A stretch of 63,921 bases of DNA, counting the filler, from Reticulomyxa filosa (taxonomy: Eukaryota > Protista > Foraminifera): NCBI GenBank assembly GCA_000512085.1. It is 13 parts of 13 records of this genome, joined end to end, with 100 filler letters (N's around TTAATTAATTAA, not from the genome) between each part and the next. Parts side by side here need not be neighbours in the genome. Positions count along the whole stretch, not along the records: positions 53,999 to 63,921 come from ASPP01028226.1; 12 more parts are not named here. The stretch is one strand, 5' to 3'. Of this stretch, positions 62,756 through 63,921 are shown piece by piece. The notes below the pieces were generated by a model. It ran no database searches, was not told the origin of the DNA, and saw nothing but the letters and a program-made list of their open reading frames with translations. The number at the start of each line of letters is the position of its first letter. Position 1 is the stretch's first letter. The position numbers and the translations under genes were made by a program.

Positions 62756-63835
62756 TTATCCCCACAAACGAATTGTCTTATCATTAGAAGAAGACACAAT
62801 TGTGCTACCGTCTGAAGAAAAATCAAGTCCAGTTACTTTTCTGGAATGTCCTTTCAATGCCTGTACTTCAACTCCTAATTTTGTATCCCACAGACGAATA
62901 GTTTTGTCAAATGAACATGATGCAATAATATGACCATCAGGTGAAAAGAGTACATCGGTTACATCACTTAAATGCCCTTCCAATCTTTTTGTCTCTTCCC
63001 CAGATTTCACATTCCATAGCCGAACAGTGTAATCTGTTGAACAGGACACGACAGAGAGACCGTCAGGAGAAAGTTGTGACCCTGTCACAAAATGTATATG
63101 CCCTGTAAGCTCCTTCATTTTTTTTCCTGATATCACATCCCATAGTGCAATTGTTTCGTCATAAGAAGATGATACAATAGTTTGACCATCTGGTGAAAAT
63201 TGTGCATTAGTTACTTCATCTAAATGTCCGTTTAGTCGTTTTATTTCTTTTCCTGATTCAACATCCCATAATCGAATGGTTGAATCGGATGAACATGACA
63301 CAATTGTTTTACCATCTGGTGAAAAATTAGCTTTCAGCACATGGTCCAAATGGCCTTTCAAAGTTTTCAATAATAATCCTGATTTCGCATCCCACAACCC
63401 AATTGTTTCATCCGATGAGCACGATAGGATCATATTGTTGTCCGGAGAAAATTGAGAATAGTTAATCCAATATGAATGTCCTTTCAAAATTTGGATTTGT
63501 TTTCCAGATTTTATATCCCATATTCGGATTGTATTATCAAAGGAAGAGGAAACAATTTTGGTACCATCTCGTGAAAACTTTGCATTTTCCACATGATGTG
63601 AATGACCTCGGAATACTTTTAATAATTTAAAATATTTAGCCTATGGAATATTGATTGTCAAAATCATGATTATATATATGCATATATATAACATGAATGA
63701 TTGTAATCATTCCACACAAAGTCTTTAGCACTAAACATATCGGGCAATGATTGCTGATAAATCATCAAACCATCCAAAATCAACAGATACCAACCGGAGC
63801 CAATGGTCTAGAATTAGTTTAGTCTCTTTTTCACT
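62756..63835 (-). CDS. 7xWD40-repeat protein, 5' part outside the window
   Basis: Highly regular GH...FSPDG.TIVS.S.D.TIRLWD repeats (exon 63640-62756), preceded by a 99-nt phase-0 exon 63835-63737. Confidence 0.9.
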
Positions 63836-63921
63836 CTGTTATTTGTTCATTCAATATGTTCGTAGATTTGGAATTGCTTTTTTTTTTTAATCTGTTGTGT
63901 ACTTTATTTATTTATTTATTT

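Noticed and set aside
1-63921. rRNA, tRNA or CRISPR arrays
   Set aside because: No cloverleaf, rRNA-conserved block or repeat-spacer structure recognised by eye

Overview
Eukaryotic, AT-rich genomic DNA with short GT-AG introns. It is not one locus: 13 contigs are joined by twelve identical 100-bp spacers (N44-TTAATTAATTAA-N44), so adjacency across spacers is meaningless. The expanded WD40 and Kelch families, TRAF-type Zn fingers and many decayed paralogs suggest a foraminiferan such as Reticulomyxa (inference). Housekeeping genes: SIN1, uL22m, cyclophilin, RPA2, ATP synthase F1 delta, a MAPEG protein, and RBR- and UBR-type E3 ligase fragments. Mobile DNA: relics of a Tc1/mariner family and of an RNase H-bearing LINE family. 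The standout is an uninterrupted ORF (21615-22709) fusing a full aegerolysin lipid-binding domain, via a polyproline linker, to an IRG/p47-like GTPase domain. Other unusual architectures: an LRR ectodomain on a TMC/OSCA-like polytopic membrane domain; a PB1-caspase-RING/TRAF fusion plus a second caspase-like fragment; an intron-containing RelA/SpoT-like nucleotidyltransferase; a divergent eIF4E apparently lacking its cap-binding tryptophans; and a Kelch-WD40 double propeller joined by a 99-nt phase-0 exon that recurs in another gene. All family assignments come from motif recognition by eye; no searches were run.
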